63,058 nt of DNA, filler included, from Octopus bimaculoides (GCF_001194135.2; 6 parts of 6 records of this genome joined end to end with filler, not necessarily neighbours in it); one strand, 5' to 3'; positions 49,951 through 62,656 are shown, numbered from the whole stretch's first letter. Numbers and translations are program-made. The notes: generated by a model from the letters alone, not told the origin.

Positions 49951-50990
49951 CGAGAGATGTACTGAAAGTGATGCAAAAGAGGGCATAACTAGTAGAGTAA
50001 GTCTTCCTCACTGGTATCTTTTCTTTCTGTTATTTTTCATTGTCAGCAAATGATAGGTTCCAAGCAGAGGCAACGTACCGTCATTGGGTTCTTGACGAAG
50101 GAAGCGTGGAGTTTGTTGGACATCAACAGAAAGCTAGAGGTTGTTTGCGGAGATGATAGCATTGACAAGAGCAATGAGCACAGACGGATTAAGAGCTTTA
50201 AAGAAGGGCAAAACTAGCATTAATTACAAACCACACGGTGGAAGACCATCGACTGGAACCACTGATACGAATTGCCAAGTGAGTGGACGAAGTGATTCGC
50301 GCGGATTCAGGTCACAATGCATTACACAACACGGTGGAAGACTGGGTATCGGAAAACGTGTGCAAAGTGGTTACCTTGGCAGCTGACATTCGATTTAGAG
50401 GGGAATATGCTAGAAGTCTGCTCTGATCTGTTTGAAGCATTGGAAGCCTACAGAGAGGTGTGATGGAGATGTAATGTATCTTTGGGATTAAAAATAACGG
50501 AAGGTTCAATCCGTGGAATGACGTCATGCCTTTTTATCAAGGCCTAAATAGTTCAAAAGTCGGCACCAGTACAGAAAGTAATGTCTTGCGGATGACAATG
50601 GTGTTATTCACCTTTATTTTCTGGAAAGTGGCTGCACTGAGATCAGCGAACGCTTCACTGAGACACACAAACTGCTTAGAGAAGCCATTAAGAGGAAGAG
50701 GTTGAACAAGAATCTGAAATTCATATTCACCATGGACATGCGTGACTACTCACATCTTCGGCAATAAATCAAGCAATCATCAAATTGAGCTGATCTGGAT
50801 CTGGTGCCCTCCAACTTCCACTTGTTCGGTCCAAGAAAGAACATTCTTCATGGATTTGATGACACAGATGAGTCAAAAATGGTTGTAGAGAAGTGAGTAC
50901 CTTAAAAGACAGTATGAAACTCGTTTGATCATAACACATTTGTACAATTAGGGTTAGCCTAGGGCTCAAGAAAAGTAACTGTAGCCAATA
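49951..50990 (+). mobile_element. Decayed mariner transposon
   Basis: TIR-like CGAGAGATGTACTGAAAGTGATGC; QRTVIGFLTKE...IDKSNEHRRIKSFKEGKTSINYKPHGGRPST (HTH); VEWRH; DYSHLR (YSPDLAPSDY-like region). Confidence 0.8.
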
Positions 50991-51459
50991 CTGTATTGGA
51001 AGGGACACAAGCTTGAGATAAGGCCAAAAAACAACCTGTGGTTATCTTTTGTTTTAATGCCATAAAACCAGAAAATGCATCAATGTTGATCAGTTACTAC
51101 CCTTCAATATAACTGAAGGGTAACACACACTGAGGTAGGTAGCTGGCCTCGTATTTGGAAATGCTGCCACTGCTGTTGTTACGCAAACAACCAGGAGCGA
51201 ATGAAAACGAATGACTCAATCCTCAACAGGTGCTGCGCTAATGAGGAGCGCTTCGATGTAAGCATTTGATATTGCTAAAAATAACAGCCAGATATCTTCC
51301 AAAGCCGCTCCCGCTTCAGTCTTAGTAAAACATGAAGAGCTTATTGGATAATGTAGTGTGAAGTAAAGACTAGTTGAAAGTAATAGATGGATTACTTATG
51401 GCTGGAATGTCCGTGGGCCAAATGTGGTTGAGCTGACTTGGGTCTGAACAACATCAAAA

Positions 51460-51919
51460 AGAACCACCACTGCTACTAGCACCAGATCAGAAGCACCAGC
51501 AATAACCACAGTTACAATAACAGCAACTACCAACACAACTATCGTTACCACCATCACTAAAACAGCCCCCGACACCATACCTTGAACGCCGCCGCCGCCG
51601 CCGCCACCACCACCATATACCATCACCATCACCATCATCGCTACAACCACCACCACAACTACTCCCACAAGAACAGCAGCAACAACAATCACAGCAACCA
51701 CCAGTGCCACTACCAATACCCACCTCCATCACCATCACCACCAGCATAATCACCAACAGCACAACCACCCGATAACGTCACCAACACCCTATCCAGCACA
51801 TTTACCATCAAAAACCACCACTACCGCCAAAACAACAACATTAGCAGCAACAATATGAACAATGACAATAAAAGCCACCACCACCACCAACAACAACAAC
51901 ACCACCACCACCACCACCA
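51460..51919. repeat. Degenerate (ACC/AAC/AGC/GCC)n trinucleotide block
   Basis: Direct reading. Confidence 0.9.
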
Positions 51920-52019
51920 NNNNNNNNNNNNNNNNNNNNNNNNNNNNNNNNNNNNNNNNNNNNTTAATTAATTAANNNNNNNNNNNNNNNNNNNNNNNNN
52001 NNNNNNNNNNNNNNNNNNN
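51920..52019. other. Artificial scaffold-join linker N44-TTAATTAATTAA-N44
   Basis: Same 100-nt pattern. Confidence 0.95.
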
Positions 52020-52343
52020 TAGATAGAAAGATGGAGGAAGACAGATAGATAAATAGATAGAAAGATAGATAGATAGATAGATAGACAGATAGATAGATAG
52101 ATAGATAGAAAGATAGTCACGTCAGAATAATAGTAGACTTACTTGCAAAATAGGACGTGTGCGTTCAATAATGTAATAATACAAAGAATATATATACATG
52201 TATACACACATATATGTACATACTTACATCTACATGTGTATATACATGCATATCAGGGTACAGGACGTTAGAACAATAAAGTACAGACAACGGAACGAAC
52301 ACATAGGAAAACGGAAAGCCCCTTGGAATATCCCTTCATCAGC

Positions 52344-52374
<31 letters not shown>

Positions 52375-52663
52375 GTAAATAGATTATGTGAGACCACTAC
52401 TACGTCACTTCCGGAAAAAAAAGAAAAGCCGTTAGTAAACAGTTTATAGCATCCATCTAAGAAGATCTGAAGAAGTAATTGTATTCCGAAATATCATCGG
52501 ACTATAGATAACTAAATTACAACAAATATATAGTCCATTTTTTATATTATAGTGCATTGTTGTACCATTCAAAACTTTCTATTCTTTACAAACAATACAC
52601 AATGTTTCAAGCGAACTACAATCCTCTCTTATAATATGTGACAATTATTCGGTAGCCATGTTA

Positions 52664-52815
52664 AAACTCCGAGTTTCGGATGTCGGAGCGTTTCCGCTCC
52701 GACATCCGAAACTTCCACGCCAGCATCTCTTCAGTTATCGGGCCATCGAAAAAATGCTATGAAAAAAATTATTTTTTTCATAGATTTTTTTTCATAGCAT
52801 TTTTTTCGATGGCCC
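52664..52815. repeat. Two adjacent inverted-repeat hairpins
   Basis: Perfect 19-bp stem with TTTC loop at 52672-52713, and an approximately 30-bp stem at 52740-52815. Confidence 0.9.
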
Positions 52816-53261
52816 NNNNNNNNNNNNNNNNNNNNNNNNNNNNNNNNNNNNNNNNNNNNNNNNNNNNNNNNNNNNNNNNNNNNNNNNNNNNNNNNNNNNN
52901 NNNNNNNNNNNNNNNNNNNNNNNNNNNNNNNNNNNNNNNNNNNNNNNNNNNNNNNNNNNNNNNNNNNNNNNNNNNNNNNNNNNNNNNNNNNNNNNNNNNN
53001 NNNNNNNNNNNNNNNNNNNNNNNNNNNNNNNNNNNNNNNNNNNNNNNNNNNNNNNNNNNNNNNNNNNNNNNNNNNNNNNNNNNNNNNNNNNNNNNNNNNN
53101 NNNNNNNNNNNNNNNNNNNNNNNNNNNNNNNNNNNNNNNNNNNNNNNNNNNNNNNNNNNNNNNNNNNNNNNNNNNNNNNNNNNNNNNNNNNNNNNNNNNN
53201 NNNNNNNNNNNNNNNNNNNNNNNNNNNNNNNNNNNNNNNNNNNNNNNNNNNNNNNNNNNNN

Positions 53262-53289
53262 TAATCTGCTTTCGTGCCGAAAGGGTTAA
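53262..53289 (+). mobile_element. Possible piggyBac-type right terminus
   Basis: ...GTGCCGAAAGGG|TTAA; the left end is not visible (gap). Confidence 0.35.
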
Positions 53290-54657
53290 ACCTATACTAT
53301 CTCCCCTCCACTTCTCTACTTCTGATCCTCTCAGCTCCGCCACATCTCACTCAATAACAAGAACAGCAACAACAACAACCGCCACTGTTCTACCCTCCCC
53401 ATCCCCTCAAATTCAACCTTACCTTCCACCTCAACAACAACAACAAAAAAAGAAATAATCCTTGCCCTTAGGAATCGTCCATTAAAAAAGAACAACTCCA
53501 ACCCATTCTGCTATAAAGATAACAAAACAGGTGAAACATCGCATATGAGCGAGGGTAGAGAGGTGAGGCGGCAAAAAATATATAAAATAAAATAAGGGGA
53601 TAAAATAACTCTGCAAACCCTATCTTGTCCCAACCCCATTTTTTTCTGTTTTTCTTTTATTTTTTTATTGCTCTTTTGTTTGTTTTGTTTTTTTCGTTTT
53701 GCCTTGTTCTTCAGTAACGTCAAAAGTTTGTGTTACAGATTTCTGTTTATTAGTTTTAAGACAAATAGAACTTTTTTTTTGTCGTTTGGTTGGAATTACT
53801 GTTGTTGTTATTGTTTTAAAATTTTTTTTTTATTTTGTGTCGTTGTTGCTATTGCTGGAGTTACAATTGTTGTTGCCGTTGTCGATGTTGTTGTTGTTGT
53901 TGTTGTTGTTGTCTCTTGTGAATGAAGGTAGACTAATGAAGATACAGTTTATACGTCACGAAAAGAGACCGAAAGAAGTAATGAGAGAGAGAGAGAGAGA
54001 GAGAGAGCGGGGGTGATGGTGACAAACAGAGACATCAAGAATAAAGAATAGAGAGAATCCTTAGAGATTAGACAAATGTTTGTAGATTAGATGCATATAT
54101 ACGAGAGTGTGTGTGTATGTATTTTTAATATATTTATTTATTTATAGATTTAAAAATATATCTGTGTATTTATATATTTTTTATTCTATTAAATCCATCT
54201 CTAATTGGAATCGTGTTTACGGATTGAATTACCAGGTTTTTTGTTTCTTCGCATTACATATTTATATCTTTCGTCTCAAGTTACTCGTGAGCACTTCTAA
54301 GTCCAAACCTCTACATTGTGAGAGAATTTCTAATCAATCTTCTTTCTGGAAACATTTATAAACACGCGTGTATGTGTGTATTTGTACTTACATACATGCA
54401 TGTTATGTATACCTGCATACGTAGACGTATATATATATATGTTTATAAATTGTAAATCCCAAAAATAACAACAAAAATACAAAGGAGTCTGCGGTACACG
54501 TGTTTCAAGCTTTATATCAGTGTATAATTTACAATACAAAGCTATCTTCAGCCGCAAAAGTATTTCTCTCCCAGGAAATTATATCACATCGGCGTTAAAG
54601 GAGGAAGAAAGGTATGTTTATATATATGTGGGTGTGTGTGTGTGTGTGTGTGTATGT

Positions 54658-54691
<34 letters not shown>

Positions 54692-55739
54692 NNNNNNNNN
54701 NNNNNNNNNNNNNNNNNNNNNNNNNNNNNNNNNNNNNNNNNNNNNNNNNNNNNNNNNNNNNNNNNNNNNNNNNNNNNNNNNNNNNNNNNNNNNNNNNNNN
54801 NNNNNNNNNNNNNNNNNNNNNNNNNNNNNNNNNNNNNNNNNNNNNNNNNNNNNNNNNNNNNNNNNNNNNNNNNNNNNNNNNNNNNNNNNNNNNNNNNNNN
54901 NNNNNNNNNNNNNNNNNNNNNNNNNNNNNNNNNNNNNNNNNNNNNNNNNNNNNNNNNNNNNNNNNNNNNNNNNNNNNNNNNNNNNNNNNNNNNNNNNNNN
55001 NNNNNNNNNNNNNNNNNNNNNNNNNNNNNNNNNNNNNNNNNNNNNNNNNNNNNNNNNNNNNNNNNNNNNNNNNNNNNNNNNNNNNNNNNNNNNNNNNNNN
55101 NNNNNNNNNNNNNNNNNNNNNNNNNNNNNNNNNNNNNNNNNNNNNNNNNNNNNNNNNNNNNNNNNNNNNNNNNNNNNNNNNNNNNNNNNNNNNNNNNNNN
55201 NNNNNNNNNNNNNNNNNNNNNNNNNNNNNNNNNNNNNNNNNNNNNNNNNNNNNNNNNNNNNNNNNNNNNNNNNNNNNNNNNNNNNNNNNNNNNNNNNNNN
55301 NNNNNNNNNNNNNNNNNNNNNNNNNNNNNNNNNNNNNNNNNNNNNNNNNNNNNNNNNNNNNNNNNNNNNNNNNNNNNNNNNNNNNNNNNNNNNNNNNNNN
55401 NNNNNNNNNNNNNNNNNNNNNNNNNNNNNNNNNNNNNNNNNNNNNNNNNNNNNNNNNNNNNNNNNNNNNNNNNNNNNNNNNNNNNNNNNNNNNNNNNNNN
55501 NNNNNNNNNNNNNNNNNNNNNNNNNNNNNNNNNNNNNNNNNNATGGTTAAAGTATATATTTAAATTATGTCAGAAAAATGTTAGAAAAATGTTAGAAAAA
55601 TGTTATAAAATCTTTTTGGTATATAAACATTGTATTTTGAGAAATAACCGGTTTCGTGTTGTCTTTTCAAATTTCTCTACTTCATTGTAACGTGTTTGCT
55701 CCAGTCTGAGAAAGAAGAGTTCTAGATAGGGGGAGGTAT

Positions 55740-56260
55740 ATATATATGCATATATTCTTTCAGTTTCCGTCGACCAAATCCACTCACAAAACTTTGGTCG
55801 GCCCGAGGCTATAGTAGAAGACACTCACCCAAAGTGCCACACGGTGGGACTATACCCTCTACCATCACGCCTGCACCTATATATATTCTTTTATTCTTTT
55901 ACTTGCTTTAGTTAATTGCGGCCATGCAGGAGCACCGCATTTAGTCGAGCGAATCAACCCCGGTCTTATTAGTTGTAAGACTTGTACACAGACACAAATT
56001 ATATATGTAGGTATATTTATATACATACCTACTGTATATACTTGAATGCATATATATAAATACAAACACATATGTATATATAAATATGTATAAGACACTC
56101 ATACATATATACGATTTCCTTCTACCAAATTCACTCTCAAGGCATTTGTCGCTCTGAGCCTATAGTATATGACATTCGCTCAAAGTGCTGCGCAGCAAAA
56201 CTGAACCAGGAACCACATGACTGCAAAGTAAGCTTCTTAACCACACAGCCACACATGTGA
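55740..56260 (-). mobile_element. Cluster of SINE type A pieces (head, tail, head)
   Basis: Heads at about 55745-55870 and 56110-56255; tail at about 55880-55975. Confidence 0.75.
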
Positions 56261-56369
56261 CTACATAGGATATGCATGCATGCTTGCATGTATGCATGTA
56301 TATATGTAAGTATAAGAATAGACCATATGAACTTTCGTTTGAGAGAGGTCTTAAGTCGGTTACAGCGGC

Positions 56370-56525
56370 CCCCACCAGTATTCAATTGATACTCAATTTA
56401 TCGACTGCGAAAAGATGAGAGACAAAGTCGACATCGGCAGAATTTGAACTCAGAACGTAAAAACGGATGAAATGCGTCTCAGTATTCTGCCTGGCGTGCT
56501 AACAACTCTGCCAAGTCGCCGTCTT
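56370..56525 (-). mobile_element. SINE type B (tail truncated)
   Basis: CAAAGTCGACATCGGCAGAATTTGAACTCAGAACGTA...CTCTGCCAAGTCGCCGTCTTA. Confidence 0.8.
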
Positions 56526-56732
56526 ACTTGTATGAATTAATATTAATAAATCGTAAACACAAGCATATTTTTAGTTTTACTCGACAATAATTCTGGTATT
56601 TCAACTCCCCGAGAAAGCAAACGTGCTCTGCGACCGAAGTACTCATTACATGCTGTGATAGAGCGTGATTCAAGCAGGCCCCCGTGTGTATATTAGCGAT
56701 CCTCAAAAGACATGATGTGTATACATGCATGA

Positions 56733-56763
<31 letters not shown>

Positions 56764-57249
56764 TGTATGTATGCATGTATGTATGTATGTATGCATGCTT
56801 GTCTGAATGTATGTATGAATGTATGTATATATTTTTACGCATTTCATACACATATATACATATGCATACATACAAATGCACTCTCTAACGTACATGTACA
56901 TATATGTATGTGTATATGTAATTGAGTCTGTGTGTGTATGTGTGTGTGCGTGTGTGTCTGTGTCTGTGTGTGTATGTGTGCAACTTTTCGGATTGCAGCC
57001 CTAAAATTGCGTGGAACTAAAAACAGAAGGATCGTAGCAATTGTGACTCTCAAGAGATTTTAACACCAATATTGATTCAGAAACAAAGCGTAAAATAGTT
57101 TCTGATATAGAAATTAATTAATTTACCTGTTCTGCGGTTTATATAATGCAAATAAAGCGGACTGGTAGTATCGCTAGAACGTTATTCCTTCCAGCTCTGT
57201 GCAATATGTGTTCCAATCGCGATGGTGTTAGCTTTGCTTTCATAAAAAC

Positions 57250-57345
57250 GAGTGGTTTTCAACCAGCTTTTTCAATGGACCCATTTGATTACTATTCTAT
57301 TCTAATGGACCCCTCCACCCCACCCCCATCCATAGCCATTCGATG
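57250..57345 (+). mobile_element. 5' fragment of the hAT/Charlie-type MITE family
   Basis: GAGTGGTTTTCAACCA...ATGGACCC (twice)...CATAGCCATT, homologous to 27696-27780. Confidence 0.6.
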
Positions 57346-57742
57346 CTGAAAAACTAGTTTTATAGACTAGTTACTGTTGTAACTACATTTAAACAATCCA
57401 AGCGGGAAGGAAGAATATAAAAAACCATTTTGACTTAGCCAAAGCAAACACTAATATGTCCTTTTACTGAAATGAAATTTCAGTAAGTTTTCTGTATCTT
57501 TGTGCAGCTGAAGATTGCTCTGCATTTTACATTTAATGTAATGCTGGCATTGCTTAAATAAATGGAGTCGCATGAAACGATCGTACTGCAGTAATCTTGA
57601 ATATCCTTGTTGCTTATTTTGATTTTTGATCACCTTATTTTTTGGAATTGTTTGGATAATACCATACTAAATTCTGGTGCCTTAACTTAAGTACCATATT
57701 CACTTTGAATCTAATTTTTTTTTAGATAGATAAATAGATAGG

Positions 57743-57786
<44 letters not shown>

Positions 57787-57824
57787 CGTTCTGTTTCATA
57801 GTCAGACAGAAATACACACGCACA

Positions 57825-57867
<43 letters not shown>

Positions 57868-58724
57868 GCACATTTATACTGTATCATACTCATATTCCTA
57901 GAGTAATCCAGCAGTGAGAAGACTAGTACTGAGCATATGCGATGTACTCTTGACACTAATAGACATACAAAAGCAGACTTAAATTGGATCAGGAGGCTGA
58001 CAATTCTATGCGGCTTGGATGAGTGCCATGGAGTAAAAGAGAGAGAGTGAGAGAAAGAGAGTAATAGAGAGGGATAATTACGAGTGCCTGTATAGGAAGA
58101 AAGAAAGAAGGAAAGAGAGAACGAAAGTGTGATAGAGGGAGATAGAGAGAAAGAGAATGTAAAAGGGAGAGAAAGAGAGAGAGAGAGAGAGAGATTTATG
58201 AGATAAGACTAAACATTTTGAACATTATTTTAAATGTCAAAAACAATCCTGTTTTTTCCCCATAAGTACTTAGAAAGAATTTCTCAAACTAGTCTTCGTT
58301 CGTTGGAGTTGTGTGTATGTGTGTTTGTGTGTTTATATATATCTGTTTCCGTGTGTGTGTGTGTGNNNNNNNNNNNNNNNNNNNNNNNNNNNNNNNNNNN
58401 NNNNNNNNNNNNNNNNNNNNNNNNNNNNNNNNNNNNNNNNNNNNNNNNNNNNNNNNNNNNNNNNNNNNNNNNNNNACATACATATACACATGTGTGTTGC
58501 ATGTACACACACACACACACACACACACAGAGACACATGTATCCCAGGGGTTACTAGTTCTTAGAAACAAGGTCAGGCCACATCGTAAAAGGAATTCCAA
58601 GTTCAATGATCCGTTGTTTTTATCGATAAGCGAGCTCGGCAAAATACATTTGATTTCGTCGTCTCTGAGCAAAACGGAATGTATATTTGTGGTATTCTTC
58701 TTATATATAACATAAAGAAGGTGT

Positions 58725-59200
58725 CGAGTTGGCTGAAAGCGGTATTTCGTCTGTCTTTATGATCTGAGGTTGGCTTTACCTTTTTATCGTTCGGGGTCGA
58801 TGAAATAAGTACCAGATGGGCATTGGAGTCGATGTAATCGACTAGCCCCCTTCACCCAAAATTTCAGGGCTTGTACCTATTGTAGAAACGATTATATATA
58901 ACAAGAAGTCGGTGAGAATCGTTACCTTGCCTGGCGAAATGATAAACGGTATTACTTCTGAATTTACTTTGAGTTCAATATCGACGCGGTCAGCTTTGCT
59001 TTTTATCCTTTCGGGATCGATAAATTAAGTACCATTTGCGTACTGGGTTGATCTAATCGACTGGCCTCCTCCCCCAAAATTCGGGGCCTTGTGCCTAAAG
59101 TGGAAAAGAATAAACGGTATTGCTTCTGAATTTACGTTGAGTTCAATACCGACGCGGTCAACTTTGCCTTTTATCGTTTCGGAATCGATAAATACCAGTC
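58725..59200 (+). mobile_element. Three tandem SINE type B copies or fragments
   Basis: Copies at about 58725-58890, 58905-59110 and 59111-59200. Confidence 0.8.
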
Positions 59201-60444
59201 AAATATGAAGTATAAGTATACAAAGATAAACATTATTTTCAATATAAATTTTGTTTCATTTTGAAAAATAGAAATTTATTTTATGATTTATTCTTGTTTA
59301 TATTTTCAATTACATATATATATACGGGGGCTCCAAGATTTTTCAAGTGTTCAGTGCCTCTATGGGTCTTAACCCGGTCCTGCTTGCAAAATATATGTGC
59401 AGTTCACGTATTGAAATCTTCGAGTGATTTCTGGTAATTGAAACGGCAGCGCGTCTCTGGTGCTGCATCTTTCTGGTCTTTTACTTAGCACAATTAGGCA
59501 GCCGTGAAAAGTGAAACATTAGCTCGATCTCAAAGCAAATTATTTAACCCAAAAAATACACAAATACGTATATAAATAAATAAGTAGATAAATCGAACAC
59601 ACACACACACACACTCAAGCACACAGACACACAAGCACACAAACAAGTATACACACAGACACACGCGCACCACAAGCTCATATACACACGCGTACTACTA
59701 ACGCACACACACACAAAGACCTAGTTTTCTTCTATTTTAAATTCTTTGAACCACAGAAAGAAATCGAGGTAGACAACTCTGGGGACTTGTTTGTTCGTTC
59801 GTCAATGTTACTTGTTACTTATTCTTTGTCACGGTAACTGTTATAATTGTTATTTTTGTTGTTGCTGTTGCTACTACTGCTGCTGTTGTTGTTACTATAA
59901 TTGTTGTCATTTGTTGTTATTTTCTGTACATGCCTTGTATTTCGTTGTAGTTGTAACTGTTAACGTTGATGTAGTTGCTGCTGTTAATGTTTGCGGAGTG
60001 AATCAGGCATCATATTAAGAAACTTCAAAAGACGTCTTGCAAGTGTATATGAATTTGTAGTTTGCAAAACATAACCTTCTATCTATCTTCTTCTTTATCG
60101 TTCTTTCTTGCTCTCTGTCTCTCTCCCGCTTTTTCGTTTTCTCTATCTCTCACTTTCTCTCCACTCCTATCTGTATTTCCCCCTCCATTCTATCTTGTTT
60201 TCTCATTTGTATTTAATGTTGTTTATATTTATTTCTGTGTATATCTCCCAAGTGTAATATCCACAGAGCAACCAACAAATGCCCCGTTTTCAACATTCTA
60301 GTTACATGCCAAACCAGTTCGGCATTTTTTAATGACTGTTGCGAGTTGTTTAACATTTGATATTAGCGATTTGCTTCTTCTTTGTCTCCAGACTATCTCT
60401 GGAGGTGTGGATCAGTTTATACGATTGCATCCTTGCAAATGACC

Positions 60445-60660
60445 GAGGGGCGGTGAGCTGGCAGAATCATTAAAGCGTCGGCAAAGAAGAATGCGTGGCG
60501 GAATTTATTCCAATTATCTTTACACCCTGAGTTCAAATCCCGCCGACTTTGCTTTTCATAAAAATAAATAATGTACCGGTCAAGGACTGTGGTGGATTGT
60601 ATCGAATTACCCCTTTCCTTTCAAAATTGCTGGCTTTGTGTAAAAATCAAAAGCCATTAT
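60445..60660 (+). mobile_element. Decayed SINE type B
   Basis: GGGCGGTGAGCTGGCAGAATCATT...GAGTTCAAATCCCGCCGACTTTGC. Confidence 0.75.
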
Positions 60661-60771
60661 TTAGGGCATCAGATAAAAAGGGTTTCAGAATTGGTTCCAG
60701 CTCTCTAGGTTGTGATATCTATTTCAAGTCTTGTATCTTTAGTAGAAATTATTATTATTATTATTATTATT

Positions 60772-61281
60772 GCCTTTTCACAGCTTCTAACGCTGGTGAT
60801 GTACTACAGTGTCAACTGTTCACTACCAGTGAACTAAGGTAACACCTCTTATTTTTCGAGCACCTTCCGGAGAATTCGAGCGGTTCCAAGCAGTGCTGTT
60901 TTCTGCGAGTGCTCCACCCTTATTGCAGCCCCTATTTCTTCCACGTACTACTCGAGATTTTTGCTCACTGTTTCCAGGGCTCCGACAATTATTGGTACTA
61001 CTGCTACCTTTTTCATCGACCACAACTGTTTAACTTCCCAAGCTAACCTGTCATATCTCTCAACTTTTCTTTCTTACTTATCGCATACCTTGTTGTCAGC
61101 TGGGTATGCTATATCTATGATCCAGCATAGTTTGTTTTCTTTCTCAATTAAGATTATATCTGGTTTCCTATTCTCTATCTGATGGTCGCACTGAATCATA
61201 AAATCCCATAGGATCTTTGCATTTCTATTTTCGACGATGCCTTCAGGTTTGTGGTCGTACCAATTTTTTCTCTATCAAGTC

Positions 61282-61282
<1 letters not shown>
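60772..61282 (-). mobile_element. 5'-truncated RLE non-LTR retrotransposon, family F2, with AAT tracts on both sides
   Basis: Same family as 26801-27400 (KPEGIVEN...WDFMIQCDH...RKPDII...QKTALLGTARILRKVLEK*), with an intact 3' UTR; (ATT)n at 60748-60771 and 61283-61351. Confidence 0.92.
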
Positions 61283-61351
<69 letters not shown>

Positions 61352-61560
61352 GTTCAGTAGTTTTATTTTTATAACGTGCTTTCACTTCACTACCGAGCGC
61401 AGCTCTGTGCGCCTTGGGTATGTGCTGTGGTTTGCTGTGGTGCTCTTATGTTTACTGTATTGAAAGTGTTTTGCGTAGAATGTGTGCAGTACCCAGTAGT
61501 GCAATTTTCTGTATGTTATATATATTTGTAAGTCCTGGTGTTTTTGTTATGTATTTGTCT
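61352..61560 (-). mobile_element. 3' end of an RLE non-LTR retrotransposon, family F4
   Basis: DKYITKTPGLTNIYNIQKIALLGTAHILRKTLSIQ*, 3' UTR, then (AAT)n. Confidence 0.85.
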
Positions 61561-61660
61561 NNNNNNNNNNNNNNNNNNNNNNNNNNNNNNNNNNNNNNNN
61601 NNNNTTAATTAATTAANNNNNNNNNNNNNNNNNNNNNNNNNNNNNNNNNNNNNNNNNNNN
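61561..61660. other. Artificial scaffold-join linker N44-TTAATTAATTAA-N44
   Basis: Same 100-nt pattern. Confidence 0.95.
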
Positions 61661-62656
61661 ACCTTTTACTTATTCTTAGTGCAAGTTTTGAAGAGTGCAG
61701 TTCGATTTTATGTTATTTTTTCAAAGCAATAATGGAAGTGACAAAGGGGCATATTCGGCATATTTTGCTTAAAGAGTTCAATAAGGGCAATAACGCAACG
61801 GAAAGTGCGAGGAATATTAATGCAGTATATGAGAATCGGACAATAAGCGTAAGCCAGTGTCAACGGTGGTTGCAGAAATTCCGAACCGGAAACTACAGCC
61901 TAGAAGACGAGCCTCATCCTGGAAGGTCTGTAGAGCTTGACTGGGACGTCCTGCAAACCCTGGTGGAACAAAATCCCATCACAACTGTTGAGGAACTGGC
62001 AAAGAAGCTTGGATTTGGTCAGTCAACCATTCATCGACATCTGTGTGCCATCGGAAAAGTCAGCAAATTGAGTCAATGGGTTCCTCACAAACTTTCCGAA
62101 AGTCTTCACCCACGTAAGGTGTTGCTATCTGTTTGATGAGATATGAAAGGCTTAGTCCACTTTGAACTTTTAAACCCAAACAAAACGATAATTAAGGAGA
62201 TCTACTGCGAGTGGCTTGAGCGGCTTAAGTGAGTGCTAGAAGAAAAACGACCATCTTTAGTTTCAAGACGAAAAGTGTTCTTCCATCAGGATAATGCTCG
62301 GCCACATACAGCAAGGAATGACATTGCAAAGGCTGGAGCAGTTTGAATGGGAAACGACACGCCGCCCAACATATTCGCCGGACATTGCCCCATCTGATTA
62401 TCATTAATTCCACAGTTTTCAAAACCATTTGGACGGAAAAAATATGAATTTTGTAGACGAGATCAGAACAGTACCGGAGGAGTGCTTTTCGTCACGGACA
62501 AGTGAATTTTGGAAGGGGGCGGGGGCGGGGGCTTTGCAAGTCTACCAGAGAGATGGAAAAGCATTGGAGAAAATGAAGCAGAGTATATTTTAAATTAAAA
62601 AAATGAACTTAGTTTATCTTAATTTTGAAAAATAGAAGATTTAAAAAAACCACATT
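61661..62656 (+). mobile_element. Mariner transposon pseudogene with an internal deletion
   Basis: ORF 61732-62136 has the HTH region and WVPHKL, then jumps to LHPRKVLLSV; downstream HQDNARPH and YSPDIAPSDY are present with stops and frameshifts. Confidence 0.9.

Noticed and set aside
51396-51768. Mucin-like or hydrophobic V/T-rich ORFs
   Set aside because: A degenerate trinucleotide block with no splice or domain support.
59790-59801. miR-375-like TTTGTTCGTTCG
   Set aside because: Only 12 nt match and no complementary hairpin arm is present.
61732-62136. SETMAR or a domesticated transposase gene
   Set aside because: No SET domain, and downstream stops, frameshifts and a deletion are present.
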